Below are positions 27,324 through 39,468 of a stretch of 64,000 nucleotides of DNA, in pieces; positions within the stretch are counted from its first letter, which is position 1, and the number at the start of each line of letters is the position of its first letter. Made by a program: the position numbers and the translations under genes. Source of the stretch: Gnetum montanum (taxonomy: Eukaryota; Plantae; Gnetophyta); contig MNCI01002045.1 in assembly GCA_015680685.1 (NCBI GenBank), positions 281,249-345,248 on the forward strand, in the 5' to 3' direction. The notes under the pieces were generated by a model, which saw only the letters and a program-made list of their open reading frames with translations, was not told the DNA's origin and did not search any database.

Positions 27324-30300
27324 TGTAGCACCCCATATTTTTGGGATCCTTCATACATATGATCCTCTATCAAGATTATGTTGGTTGAGCCTAGGTTAGT
27401 GTCATGCATGTTATTAGTTAGATATATTTTATGGTTGAGTACTTATTGTTTCATGTTGATGAGCTTTGAGATGCACACATGTATTAACATTATTTTGGAT
27501 CTTTAGTATATATAATGATAGAATATATATATATATATAGGCTATCATTCAACAAATGTACACTAATTGAGTGTGGCAAGATTTCATGAGAGGTTTGGTT
27601 GAAGGCATGGCATGGTTTATGATCTATGGTTTGCTTGATATTTCTTAGAGTATATTTTATGATCTTGTTTGTTATGTTATGTTGGTAGCTACATGAGTTA
27701 TATTTAATTAAATTATTTTTAGTTTTATTATATGAGGTTTATTAGGATAATTTGGGCTAGTGGCTTATTTGCATATGATAATTATTTATTTTAGTAAGTG
27801 TGGAAGTTACATGAGAATAGGGGAAGTTACATATGTGGTAACAAGGATTGATGAAAATATTCTTTTAGTTTAACTCTTATTTTGGTAATTGACCAATTTT
27901 TCTCTTTCAATGATTTTTGTTAATCTTCCATTAAAACATTTCATGGCTCTTTCATTTCACACATCTTGATGATTTCAAAAGCATGATAAAGAGATGATGT
28001 AAGAGATTGGAGTTGGTGGATTTCATATTACTTGCATTGTTGATTGGATCTTTACTGTATTGCTTTCTTCTCATGTGGATTTCTTCATGAACATTTAGAG
28101 GTAAGTAATATTGGCTCCTCTTCCAATTACATTTATAGGATTATATATATTTGTGGGATGGGTAAAGTGATATTATGCTATTTTTTGACTAATGAACATT
28201 ATTTTGATTACCTTGAAACATTGGTCCAAATGATTGATGTGTGTGCAATTTATAATTAATATTATTAATTTTTTTCATCAATTTCAAGTGTGGGTTATTA
28301 AGAATTAATACCAACAATTCTGTAGGATTTTGATTCTACTATTTATTGGGCCTATATCGGTTGCAGTTGGATAACTAGTGCTACTATAATTCATATTCTG
28401 TATCAACTCTAATCTAGAGAGGAGAATATGGATTAGCTTCATTTGATAGAGAGTTTGAAATCTTGGGATTTTCATTCATTATCGATATCTTACCTTGATC
28501 TTTTTTTTCCTTTATTGATCTTAAGCTCTTGTTAATATGTTGCTATTATGCCTTTATTCTTGTAACAATTTTAATTAAATCCTTTTTCTGTTGATCATGT
28601 CATTCTTCCAATCATATGGGTATGATTCTCTTTATTGTGATATTCCCAACCTATATTTATGTGAATTTGATTTTTTTCACATTAATTCTACCAGTAGATT
28701 ATTCTTGTTTCTCATCAACTCTTATTCTTGGGTTGTTGGAATTTATAGCTATGGTTCCCTTAACATTTCCAATTAACATGGTTTCTTTCTAACTAAATCT
28801 TGATCTTTTCTAGCTCAACTAAGATGTCTTGGTATAAGAAATATATCTACCTCAAGAATATGTTTCAACCTAGTCCAAGACTTCTCCTACCCATTGTAGA
28901 CATCTCCACTTAAACAGAGAAGTCTTTCCCTAGCACAAGACATCTCTCTTCTTTTGTAGATGTCTCCTCTAGTCCATAGACATATCTTCATATGCATCTC
29001 TTTCCTCCTACAGATGTCTCCTATAGCCCATAGATGTCTTCCCCTAGATATCTCATGTTTTCAAATATGCCTTCCCCGCAAGCTTAACAATGCAATAAAC
29101 TTGTTTCATGTGAAGTTTAGTCCTTCGCTTAAGTCTAGTACTTAGTTTTCTCAATCCCAAAGTTTCTTATAACCTTCTTGAATCTTCCACCTTTGTTAAA
29201 TTTAAGGTATTCTCTTTTAAGTCCTCAAATATTGCATATTTCCTTTACATGAGTGAGTATTTCTTGGATTGAATATTAGTCAATTTGTGGTTTTTCTCAT
29301 CAATTATTTTGGATTTTTATCTTATCAATTTGATCTCTTAGAATATTGTTGAATGCATTCTTCCATGTTTTGATCTAGTTAATCTTCTCATTAGGTTTTT
29401 GAGTTTCAAAATACCTTACTTGGATAAATGGATTTTTTGCTTCATTTGAGTATTAATCCTTATGTGGTTCTTGGTTGCTATAGATTTTGGTTTTCCTATT
29501 GTTGTGGCTTAATTAGTTTATTTAGAATCTCTAGTAAGGATTCCCTTTTTTGAATTAGTTAGTGTCAATGGGACATTATGTTAGATATGTGAGATCTCTT
29601 TGGGTTGATGATTTTGGTTTCCCATTAATGCTAAAGTTTCATGTGATTTGTTTAATTTTGATATTGATATCTCATTCTTTGAATTGGTATCTTTTATGAG
29701 AAGTCCTTAGATTATTTGATTTACCTTGGTGACTTAGATTTTTTTGGTTATGTTACTACCCTCCACCATCAATTTGGTTTGCCATGTTTGTATGTTGGTT
29801 GGATGATTGAATGTTAGAACTATCACAAAGTTTGTATGGATGGTTAGAGATGGGCTCACTGAATGTTTGGTAATTGACCCAATAGGATGCATCAATGTTG
29901 CTTTCATTGTAGACTCCATCCTACATGAGAATATGATTCTATGGTTCATTGGTTTTTTTTAATGCCTTTAGAACATTAGAGGTGAGTCTTGGTAGACACC
30001 TCTAGCACTAGTATTTTGGAAACTTATGAAGTCTTGAAGATAGTTCTTATTCAGTTTAAGAATAATAATAAATCCATGCACATGGTAGTTAAATATTTGG
30101 TTTGGATACATTTTTGCTTTGGAATTTGGAAAAGTACACACGAAAAATTTGATAAAAATTTAACACTAAGTGCAATGCATGCTAGCATCCTTATTTATGG
30201 TGATGATTGGAGTTGAGAAATCATGGTATTAGTAATGTTTGATGGCTGAATATTTGGCTATACATTTGTTTGATTGTTTAGATGTTCTTGAGATAACATG

Positions 30301-30948
30301 TTTTGCAGGGTAGGCATGCTCCTCCTATATTCCATGAGATCAACTCATTCTTCAATTAGAGATGTCACCAAGGTTTCTCACTCAATTTTATACCGATAAT
30401 CTATTTTTATTATAGGTTGATCAAATTGGATGAAGATTGGAAATCTTCGATAGTTTGCTAGGTTGTTTCTAGTATGGTTTATGATATTATACTTCTAGAT
30501 TTGAGTTTAGCTATTTATGGATTAGATATTTATGCATTTTTTTAGACATTATTTTCCCTTTTTCTAGCTTTTAAATTTATGGGTTTTGTACGGATTAGAC
30601 CTTTGATATTATGTTGGGAATTTATTTATGATGATTCAATTCAAAGTTTATTTAATGCTCTTGTTCTTTATAATAATTTCCAATAGATGATTTGCATTAC
30701 TCTCATTCTAGTTATATTAAGTTTCTAGCGTATATATTTAACATGATTTTATATTTATGTATTTCTTTTTCTTCTACTATTTAGTTACATCTCTTTTCTT
30801 GAGTCATGACTTCATGCTAAGTTTAGCCTACTTCCTTTTCCTATGTAGTTCATTCATTATCTTACTTCTTGACATGGTCAATCGTTTGTTAGGGATTTTA
30901 CCCAATGTAATGCTCTTCAACCTAAGATCTAGGAAGGAGGATGTTACA
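27324..30948 (+). repeat. 3' LTR of the Tekay element (~3.6 kb)
   Basis: Follows the PPT. Its 3' kb matches 19585-20486 and its 5' part matches 61861-62430. Confidence 0.8.
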
Positions 30949-31504
30949 CAACATTACCCTACTCTTTGTTTTACTTTATTACCATGTAATAAGGACATAT
31001 CTATTAATGAAAAGTTTCTTGGTATCATCATTGAAGGTCCTCTAATAGAAATTGTTAGCATGAAAGAACAACATGGATCAATATATGGCATGTATGTTTT
31101 GCAAATACTTACAATTGAGAGGGTCTCAATTACAGTCAAGAAGGCCTTGATGTTGTCTTGTCAAAGATCTGAACAAGGATCAATGGGATCTCAACTACGA
31201 TCAAAAGGTTATTGACTATCAAGCATGACATAATGATCTTAACAAAAATGATACTTAAGGGTTTTGAGTGTTACTTGAGATAGTTGAGGGGCTAATTGTA
31301 ACAAAAAAAGTTAAGGTTACGATGGTCTTGACATGGTTCAAGGGGATCTTGAGTTGTGATAGGTGAGAAGATGGCTTAGTAAAAAATACATATGGATGAT
31401 AGACTAAATGTGACATACCATTTCCAAATGTTGTGGCAAACATCAAATATATGTTACGTCCTACATAATGTGTAAAGAAGATAACATGACAAACATAAAA
31501 TATA
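30949..31504 (+). mobile_element. Fragment of another LTR element (pol end, PPT, LTR start at 31297)
   Basis: GTTGAGGGGCTAAT|TGTAAC junction, preceded by decayed coding-like sequence. Confidence 0.45.
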
Positions 31505-31955
31505 TGTAACATTCAACATTATGTGTAAACAAAATAATAAGGAAAATACAAACGGAAAAAGAAAGGAATATATTATTAATGTGGAATAATGTATTTGGAT
31601 CGTCCTCCAAGTGTTACTTGGGATTATCGTCCTTCAACATATATGTCTTAGAGGCTATCTAGCACTGCCACCATGGTTAGGCCTACAATTAGCCAGAAAG
31701 AATGGCTAATCACCTTCTTGTCTTACTTCACCCAACACTTGCTAATCACTTTTACCAGCTCTACAGCTCCCTACTTATATGACATCTAATGCCCAAGTAT
31801 AAATACCTTAAGTCAAACCTCAAAGGTCATCTTAAGAGACATGCCCATTATTACAATACACCTTTTCAGGTCTTGTTACAATACACACAATACTTGTTAT
31901 GAAGAGACACCATCTTTGTTATGTAGCAACATCATTTAGAAATGGGAATGTGACA
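31505..31955 (-). mobile_element. 3' LTR of a minus-strand Ty3 element; highly decayed internal region continues to ~33900
   Basis: Inverted termini TGTAACATTC/GAATGTGACA (9/10). The minus-strand PPT AGGGGGTAGAT is identical to the PPT of the 34467 element. Confidence 0.7.
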
Positions 31956-34003
31956 ATCTACCCCCTATAGATCTCATTTGTCCTCAAATGAATCCATGAT
32001 GATGACCTTTCTCTAGCTCTAGTGCTTACTCCATGCTCAAATTTTCTAATAGTTTGATTTCTTATTTTGACTTGATGTTAAATTTTCTAATGTTCTCCTA
32101 CTTATTCTACAAAAAAAAATATAAGTCAGAAGAATATATGAAAATTAAATCTTATTTTATTAATACTTATCTCATTCTCTAAGATAATGAAAAGACGTGA
32201 ATTAAAGGTCTACCAACCACTAATCATCAATCCTAACCAAGGTCACACAAAGTGTAACTCATATCTAGTTACCCAAGTGAAGGTAGGGTAAATCCTTATT
32301 TCCAACTTGCATTTCCCTAAATATTTGTGCTTATCTAATATAAAATATAAATTAACAACAAAGAGAATTATGAAGGTTATAAATAAAAGTAAGGTTAAGA
32401 TGCTCCCTAATCTTGATGAACCTTGGGAATTAATGGAAGTAATTATAGTTTTTTCTAGAAGGGGTATGTGATTAGATGGCCTTATTTGAGATGGTAGGGC
32501 TTAATCTTGCCTCTCAATTTCTTCCTTAGAAATTTGCTGTATTCACTTTATAACTTGAAAGAATCGAACATCATACCAAATGTAGTCTAAGGTCTCAATG
32601 AAAAATGATGTTGACCCATCTTCATTAGTCATGATAGCGTAGTTGGTAAAAGGTGGTTCTTGATGAGTACCATCCATCAACATCATCTATTCTTGAATTT
32701 TGGGAGTTGACATGTCTATTGAAGATTTAAAGTAGAATATGCACTGGCTAATGGAATTACATGTTGAATTGATGGAAACATCTTTTTCAAATTAGGTTCA
32801 TCTTTCAAAGATTCTTTTCGCATCCATATTTTAAGAATTGATAAACACTACTTCCGAATTTTGTATTAAAGTCTTCATAGAGGATAAATGGCATTAGATT
32901 GATATCAATATAGGTTAAGAATAACTAATTCTTTAAACATTCCTCTATTTAATTAATCAAGTATGCCACTTGACAAAGTCTAACATTTGAACATGTTTAT
33001 TTAGAAATTAAATGTGTGTTGACCACACATGCATATCTTCCTAATGATTAGATTTTTACTATCAATGCTAGGGCTATGTGGCTTCTTTGAAATCATGATC
33101 ATTCTTTCCTTACCATGATTTAAAATTCTAGAATTTCAAGGATCATATCATTTAATCTCCATTCAAACCTTTGTACTAATTTGAACTAGGCTTATTTATA
33201 AAATATATTGCAATCATCCATGTTGTGATTTTTGCAATAGGCTAATCTAGATGGGTCAAAAGAAGAACTTCTATAAAAACCTCTTTAATTGTGAACACCT
33301 TCAGATCTTAACTTTTTCAAACCAGGTTGGAATTAGTAAAGGAATTCCCGTGACAAGACTTCTTATAGACACAAGACATTAGCATCCAAATCTTGCAACT
33401 CTACTAAGATGTGTGTATTGATACTCATGCCAATCCAAGGCCCATGGTGGACATAATGGATGTTGTTCTTCATTGGCTTGGAACTTTGTAAGCATATTGT
33501 ATATTGCAATTTTCATTCTTATTCTTAGATTCTCACTTGAGTTATTTTCCTTCATGCATATCATACCTTTCATTAAAAGAATCACATCCTTTTAAATGAT
33601 GAAAGATTCTACCAATGGATGAAATATAATGAATTCACATGCATCATTCAATTTTATATTAAATTATTAAAAACAAGAGGAGCATAAATGAAAAAAATTG
33701 ATTTTCTCTTCATAATGTTTAAATGGAAAAAATATCCTAAAAAGGTTTGAAGAGGATCCATTGTTTTTTAATTAAGAGATAAATTTACTTACATTTCTTC
33801 AAACAAGTGAAATTGTCTATCATGATAATAAAGGTGGAGCATTGAATAATATTTGTTAGGATTAATAATTTTCTAAAATAAACTATGGAAACACTACCAT
33901 ATTACTTTAATCATTAAACATTTTAAACAGTAATTCAAAATTCATAATGACAAGTCCTGGATCAAGTCTACAACCTTTGTTAAGAGAAGGGATATTGAAA
34001 GGG

Positions 34004-34330
34004 GGAGTGTTGGAACTTGAAAATAATTGTAATATAAGTACACCTCAAGATATATATAGTCCAATCAAAACTTTATAATTCAACATTGCCCATCAAAATC
34101 AAACACATAACTTGGAGATTTCAAATCAACATTCTTACCACTAGGCTAACACCTCATTGTTTCGCTGGGGGAGAAAGAGAGTAGTGTTAAAACCTAAAAT
34201 AATTGAAACATAAATACACCCCTAAGATTTATATAAGCTTATAACTTAGTGCTACCTAGTAGAATCAAACCTGTGACCTAGGGTTACCAAGCCAAAACCC
34301 ATACTACTAGGCTAACATCTTGTTGTTAAT
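34004..34330 (-). repeat. Two tandem ~180-bp units with tRNA-like A/B boxes (SINE-like)
   Basis: Units start GTGTTGGAACTTGAAAATAATTG and GTGTTAAAACCTAAAATAATTG. Minus strand reads TAGCCTAGTAGT...GGTTTGATTC. A partial third copy lies at ~60316-60360. Confidence 0.5.
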
Positions 34331-34466
34331 AGAATGAAAAGGGTGGGTTGTTAAGTGGATAAAAGCCCACAAACTTTATTAATACAATAATATAATGATC
34401 ACAATGCTCAATGCCTAATGTCATGACCAAGTAAGAATTATCTTTACAAGTTTTTAGAATTGCAAA

Positions 34467-34974
34467 TGTAACATCTTATCCTCTATTAAGGGTGGAAACA
34501 ATTGTAAACAATGTAATTAACCTTCAGAACGAAGGGGCACCTCATTGTGACGAGTTACGATTATTCATGTATCCCTCAAGAAATAGTTTGAACTATGTCA
34601 TTTAAGGCCAAGGTTAGAGGTCATTCTAGGCATTAAGCTGTGGAGCCATGAGAGGTAAGTAACAGGAGTTGGATGAAGCAAGATAAGAAGAGATTGATCA
34701 CCCCTTCGGTAGGATAGCCTAATCGTGGTGGCAATGTGGATTGCCTCTAAGGCTAAGTGGCATGAAAAGATAACCTAGAGGACATTATAGTACTCTTTTC
34801 TATTAATAAAATTTTTCTATTTTCCTCTTTTCATTCTTCAATACCAATTATTTAATTACTAGTTTATTCATTTATTAAATATTTATAATGTTTTCAGTAT
34901 ATTATCTAAGAAAACAATGAATGTAATAAATTAAGTGAACGTATTTTTACGACATCTGAGAATGAGATGTCACA
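34467..34974 (+). repeat. 5' LTR
   Basis: TGTAAC...TGTCACA termini; colinear with the split 3' LTR. Confidence 0.9.
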
Positions 34975-34976
34975 TT

Positions 34977-34988
34977 TGGTATCAAAGC
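34977..34988 (+). promoter_or_regulatory. PBS (tRNA-iMet)
   Basis: TGGTATCAAAGC, 2 nt after the LTR. Confidence 0.9.
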
Positions 34989-35212
34989 AAACCATAATTC
35001 AGGAACAAAAGTGGAAGAAAAACCTTATTTTATTATTATTGTTATTATAGAATACAAGTACATTTAGGCAAAATAACAAAAATGGAAGAATATTATTTTA
35101 TTTTTTTTATTCTGTAACAAAGAAGTGAGAGGAAGTACATTTAAGCAGGATATAGAAAAGGAAGAATAGGGGAAAAAGCAGAATGGGAAAGATGTAAAGA
35201 AAGCAACTGTGA

Positions 35213-37397
35213 TTATTTGTTATGACCTAACAACTCAAGGATATCTATGAGTATCTTCAATTGTGATTCCCTTTCTTCAATAGTGGCATCAATCTTACTG
35301 AGCACTACCTTGCATTTAGCCAATCCGTCACACAATTGTTTGATGTACTCAATCGCACGTCTTGCTATAGTTGTTGATTCCTCTTTTCTTTTAAGTCAGG
35401 TCTTCAACATATCCATCTGTATTGATCGATCATCCATGTCCTTTTATCATTCCTTCTCCTTTCTCTATAGAAACAAGATTTAAATTATGAGTTATAAGCA
35501 AATCAACAAAAAAGGTGGAAGCATCAAGAATAAAAAAAATATTACTTGAAATCTATCATTATCAATTTGGAGGAATCGTTCACAAGTCTCCAGATGGCAA
35601 GCGTACCATGTTGCACTCTCCAATTCTCCTAAGAGTTACTCTAGATTTTTTATAGCATTTGGAGCATCCTCAAGAATTCGATACAAAGATGATAGAACTC
35701 AAACCTACATTAAATCATAATATACCTTAAAATTGCATAACTAAGACTCCCATAGATGATAAACACTCTCATGAATATAATAGGGTTTATTATCAAAAAT
35801 TTGTTGACTAATACACCAAAGAAGCACAAGTTCTTCTTCAGCAGTTGTCACTATCCTTCTCATTGAATAAAAAGATCCTAAGATAGAGAAAGAAGAAACC
35901 ACTAGAGCAAAATCAAAAAATGCTGTCAATGCTACCTATGGAAGGGAACCTCTTCCCAAGTGTCATAGAAAAAGAAGGCATGCCTAGTGATCTAGGTGGT
36001 GGAATGGGAGTCTGTTCGGAAGTGGCACCTATATCATCTCTGTCAATCTCTCGGATAAAGTACTGGCGCTCCATAAACCTCTGCAACACAAAAATCAACA
36101 TCATACAAAGGAAAGAGAGAAGTATTCAAACCTTGAAATAATTAAAACTTGCCTCTAGTTGCTTTCCTTTATCTGTTTTTGTACTTTGTCAAGTTTGTTG
36201 GGGTTTTTGTTGAGCCTGTTGTTGGGCTTGTTGTCTTATAACTATTGGATCACTAAGACTTTGCCTAGTACATTGCTTCTGTAAAAAAAAATCTATTAGA
36301 AAAAAATAAGACGTTAAATAAGTTATTGTGTATATATACATATTTATATTTAAATATATACCATTGGAGTAGAAAAGATGATCTGTTCTTGTGGTTGAAT
36401 TGTACCAAAGATTGAAGTACCTTGAATTTCTTCAACCTGTGCAACTCCAACACTCTACATTGGTTCATTTTGCAATCCAAATTGCACTATCAAATACATA
36501 AAATAAAAACATAATCAACAACAAGGAAATAATAAAAACGTGAAAATACCTTATTGATTTCCTCCTAATTCTGAACATATTGTAAAGCCAGTTGACCTTT
36601 CTCGACACCTATAATCTTACTCCATATAACTCTCTCATCTTCGAGAAATTTAGGGCATAACCAAGGATTGTAACGGCTAAAACATTTTTTTGGATGATTA
36701 TAACTTAGGATCATACACATGAACAAGGGTACACAACATAGGGTATAAGATTTGGAAGGATTTTGATGGGCAACAGTAATTTCAATCATGGCATTATACC
36801 AGGCAAAGAAATAAGACAACGACCAGTCATAAATTCTACTGATTATGGCATCATGAAGTATGAAAATAGAATAAGAACTAACCTAACATTGTTGTCTATA
36901 CCACAAAACCTTGTTACTAATAAGTAGACATAAATCAAAGTGAGCCTCATTAATGAAATCTCCACAAACATATTAACTTTTTCCAAGGGCAGAATCAATA
37001 ACATAATCAGATAATTCCTTTTTGCAAAAAGATTTAAATTTTGGGAAATAAGTTGAAAGAATTAAAGAATTTTCTCCTTGTTGAAAACCTAAGGTTGCTT
37101 GAATATCAAAAAGAATGATTGTTATTGCTCCAAAAACTAAATGAGAAATATAAATTTTCTTACTATTATACTATTCACACCATTCCATAAGAACGCCCTT
37201 GCAATGGGAGAGTTTAAAAATAGGAAAAACAAGTAAATTAGTTAACCTAGAAGTGGTAAGGTATTAGAAACCATCCTTCCCAAATAAGCTACGAACATGA
37301 TCAGAAGCAAAGAGCACATTATTCTAATGTAAAATAATAGTGGAGATTGACAGTTACCTAAAGGAGTTTAAGATAAAGCTTAACACTTGGGATCCAT
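35213..37397 (-). pseudogene. Decayed multi-exon antisense accessory gene in the retrotransposon leader (transposon-protein-like N domain, Q-rich linker, coiled-coil C-terminus)
   Basis: ATG at 37397, minus-strand TATAAATA at 37505-37512. Short AT-rich introns at 37289-37357, 36487-36549, 36279-36361, 36081-36152 (GC donor) and 35465-35545. Last exon 35213-35464 is 84 codons. Some exon phases are unresolved. Confidence 0.7.
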
Positions 37398-38069
37398 GAT
37401 GAAGATGGTTAGAATTCTTTGATAAAAAAAAAAAAATTCAAGCTTCTCTTCTATCAATCTTTTGCTGATATTGAGTTGTGATGGGCAAGTTATCCTTCTT
37501 ATCATATTTATAATACAATCATAAAAATTTTAGTAAAAGCGAAGAGAAAGTTATAACTTATTATAACCAAATATTTAATAAAAGCTAACATATACTTTTT
37601 TAAAGAAAAAGCTAATGTTTACTTTTTATTTTTAAAAGCTAGCGTTTACTTTTTTAGATTTTATAATTTCTACGTTCACTAAAATGAAATTATCTACAAT
37701 TTAACTTAAAGTGCTCTCTAAGATAATTCTAATGGTATTAATTTCATCAAAATTTGACTTATAGTTTAAAAGATACAGTAATTCTTGGGTTATCTGTAGT
37801 TTTAAAAATAAAAAATTAATTTAAATGATTTTTTTAATTTTAAATTTTAAAAAAGAGGGGATGGGGTGCAAGAGGTCTCGGGCTCAAACCCAAGTCCTAA
37901 AAAATTGTATATGAAAAAAATTTATTAATAATAATAATGATGATGAATGTTTTTGGAGGGCTATAAGCCCTTGGGAGGGCCATGATGGGTTCGATAGTCG
38001 TCGCTTGTTGTTAGCTTGTGACCAACAACTATGTATGGATTGGCCCTTAGGCTAGCCCCAAGGACAATC

Positions 38070-38560
38070 CATTGACCACACTTGCCTTCTGCACCGTGTT
38101 GCACTGCCTGCCTCTGCACTGCCCACCACCACATAACACTACGCCACCTGCCACCAGCAACTATGCCACACCTGCCTTTTGCTGCCTACTGCCATGCCTT
38201 GCCGCACCTATGCCCTTTTCCATTAGTGGCTACGCCACGCCTATGCCTTCCACTACCACACCACATCTACGCCTTCTGCCATTGTGTTGTGCTTGCATCT
38301 ACGCCTACCGTCGTGTCATGCCTACCACTACTACTACCACACATGCCACTACCTACCTACCTACCGCCTATATGCTACCTGCCACTCATAACCGCTTCCA
38401 GCACCACTAATAACCACCTTCAACACTATCGATAACCACCTCCAGCACCACTGATAACCACCTTCAACACTGTCGATAACCACCTCTAGCACCACTGATA
38501 ACCACCTCCAGCACCACTTATAACTGCCTTCAGCATTGTTGATAACCACCTCCAATGTTG
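38070..38560. repeat. GCCAC/ACCACC low-complexity array followed by a ~42-bp (20+22) tandem repeat
   Basis: ACCACTGATAACCACCTTCAACACTGTCGATAACCACCTCTAGC-type units at ~38403-38555. GCCAC/TGCC motifs are dense at 38070-38400. Confidence 0.85.
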
Positions 38561-39088
38561 TCGAAAATCACCTCCAACGCTATGCAAAACCACCTCTTTA
38601 GACACTACCAAAAAGCTGCCTCTCCACGCTCAAGCCCTGACAAGGGCTACATAGGCTCTGAAATGGGCCACATAGGCCCAATCAAGAGCCACACAATCAT
38701 TGAAACGAATCATGCAAACCTACTCAAGGGTTGCATTGGCCCTAACATGGGCCATGTCAGCCCATGACAAGGCTGCGTGGACCTCGAGGTCAACCGCATC
38801 GACCTAGAGGAGGACCACGGGGACTACGCAATGGGCCATGCCAGCTCAGAAGAGGGTTGTGTGGACCCTAGAACAGGTTGTCTTCCATCAATAGATGGGA
38901 AAATCAAATTTCCCGACAACTAATGGAAATTTCAAATTTCCTGATAACTAACGAAAATTTTGAAATTGCCATCAATGGACAAAACAAATTTTTTTAAAAA
39001 AATTTCACCTATAATTGTTAATTTAAATTGAAAATGCACTAAATTATTTTCAAAAATTTGAATTGGCACCTTGGTAATAAGGGGGATA

Positions 39089-39155
39089 AAAACTTCATCA
39101 TTAAGTGCGCACATTTTGAAGTAGAACTAGAATGGGTGACCTCTCAGAAAATCTT
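39089..39155 (+). promoter_or_regulatory. 5S rRNA-derived internal control region (A-box/IE/C-box) upstream of gag
   Basis: Gapless by-eye alignment to the recalled plant 5S sequence AGAACTCC...GGAAGTCCT gives 42/67 overall and 22/24 over AGTAGAACTAGAATGGGTGACCTC (39120-39143). Confidence 0.8.
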
Positions 39156-39468
39156 GAAAAACGTGCAAGTTTTGTAAAGTTAAAACAACTATAACTTTTG
39201 AATCTGAAGTTCCTTTTCAACCAAACAAAAATCGATTCCAATAGATTTGAACCTTCTAAACTCAATGGAACTATCAAATTTAGTTGGATTATAGAAAATT
39301 AGCATTTAATTCATTACTTCAAGTCCCAAAAACAATTAGGATGTGGTACTCAATAAGAAATCCATGATAGTTTCAACTTCTTCTGCAATTAACTAATGAT
39401 TTTGAATCCCATAAAAAGGGCAATAAAATCTAAAGATTACCAACATATCTGATTTCTTTAACTTACCA

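Larger units (their letters stand above)
19585..30948 (+). mobile_element. Tekay/Del-type chromovirus (Ty3/gypsy), 5' LTR truncated
   Basis: Partial 5' LTR (~19585-20486) is homologous to ~29982-30948. iMet PBS at 20490, gag-pol with chromodomain, PPT GGAGGGGTGAAGGA at 27310-27323, 3.6-kb 3' LTR TGTAGC...GTTACA. Confidence 0.85.

Noticed and set aside
30757-31215. 152-aa ORF with a hydrophobic N-terminus
   Set aside because: Chimeric across the LTR end at 30948; T-rich LTR sequence explains the hydrophobicity.
35705-35725. 21-nt GT-AG intron in the antisense gene
   Set aside because: Too short to splice; the true donor is probably further upstream and was left unresolved.
38072-38555. Cys/His/Pro/Thr-rich ORFs on both strands
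   Set aside because: Translations of low-complexity and tandem repeats; no coding signal.
38403-38555. Possible CRISPR-like array
   Set aside because: Head-to-tail tandem units with no unique spacers, in a plant retrotransposon context with no cas genes.
39089-39155. Functional 5S rRNA gene
   Set aside because: Only the internal control region matches; the 5' and 3' ends of 5S are absent.
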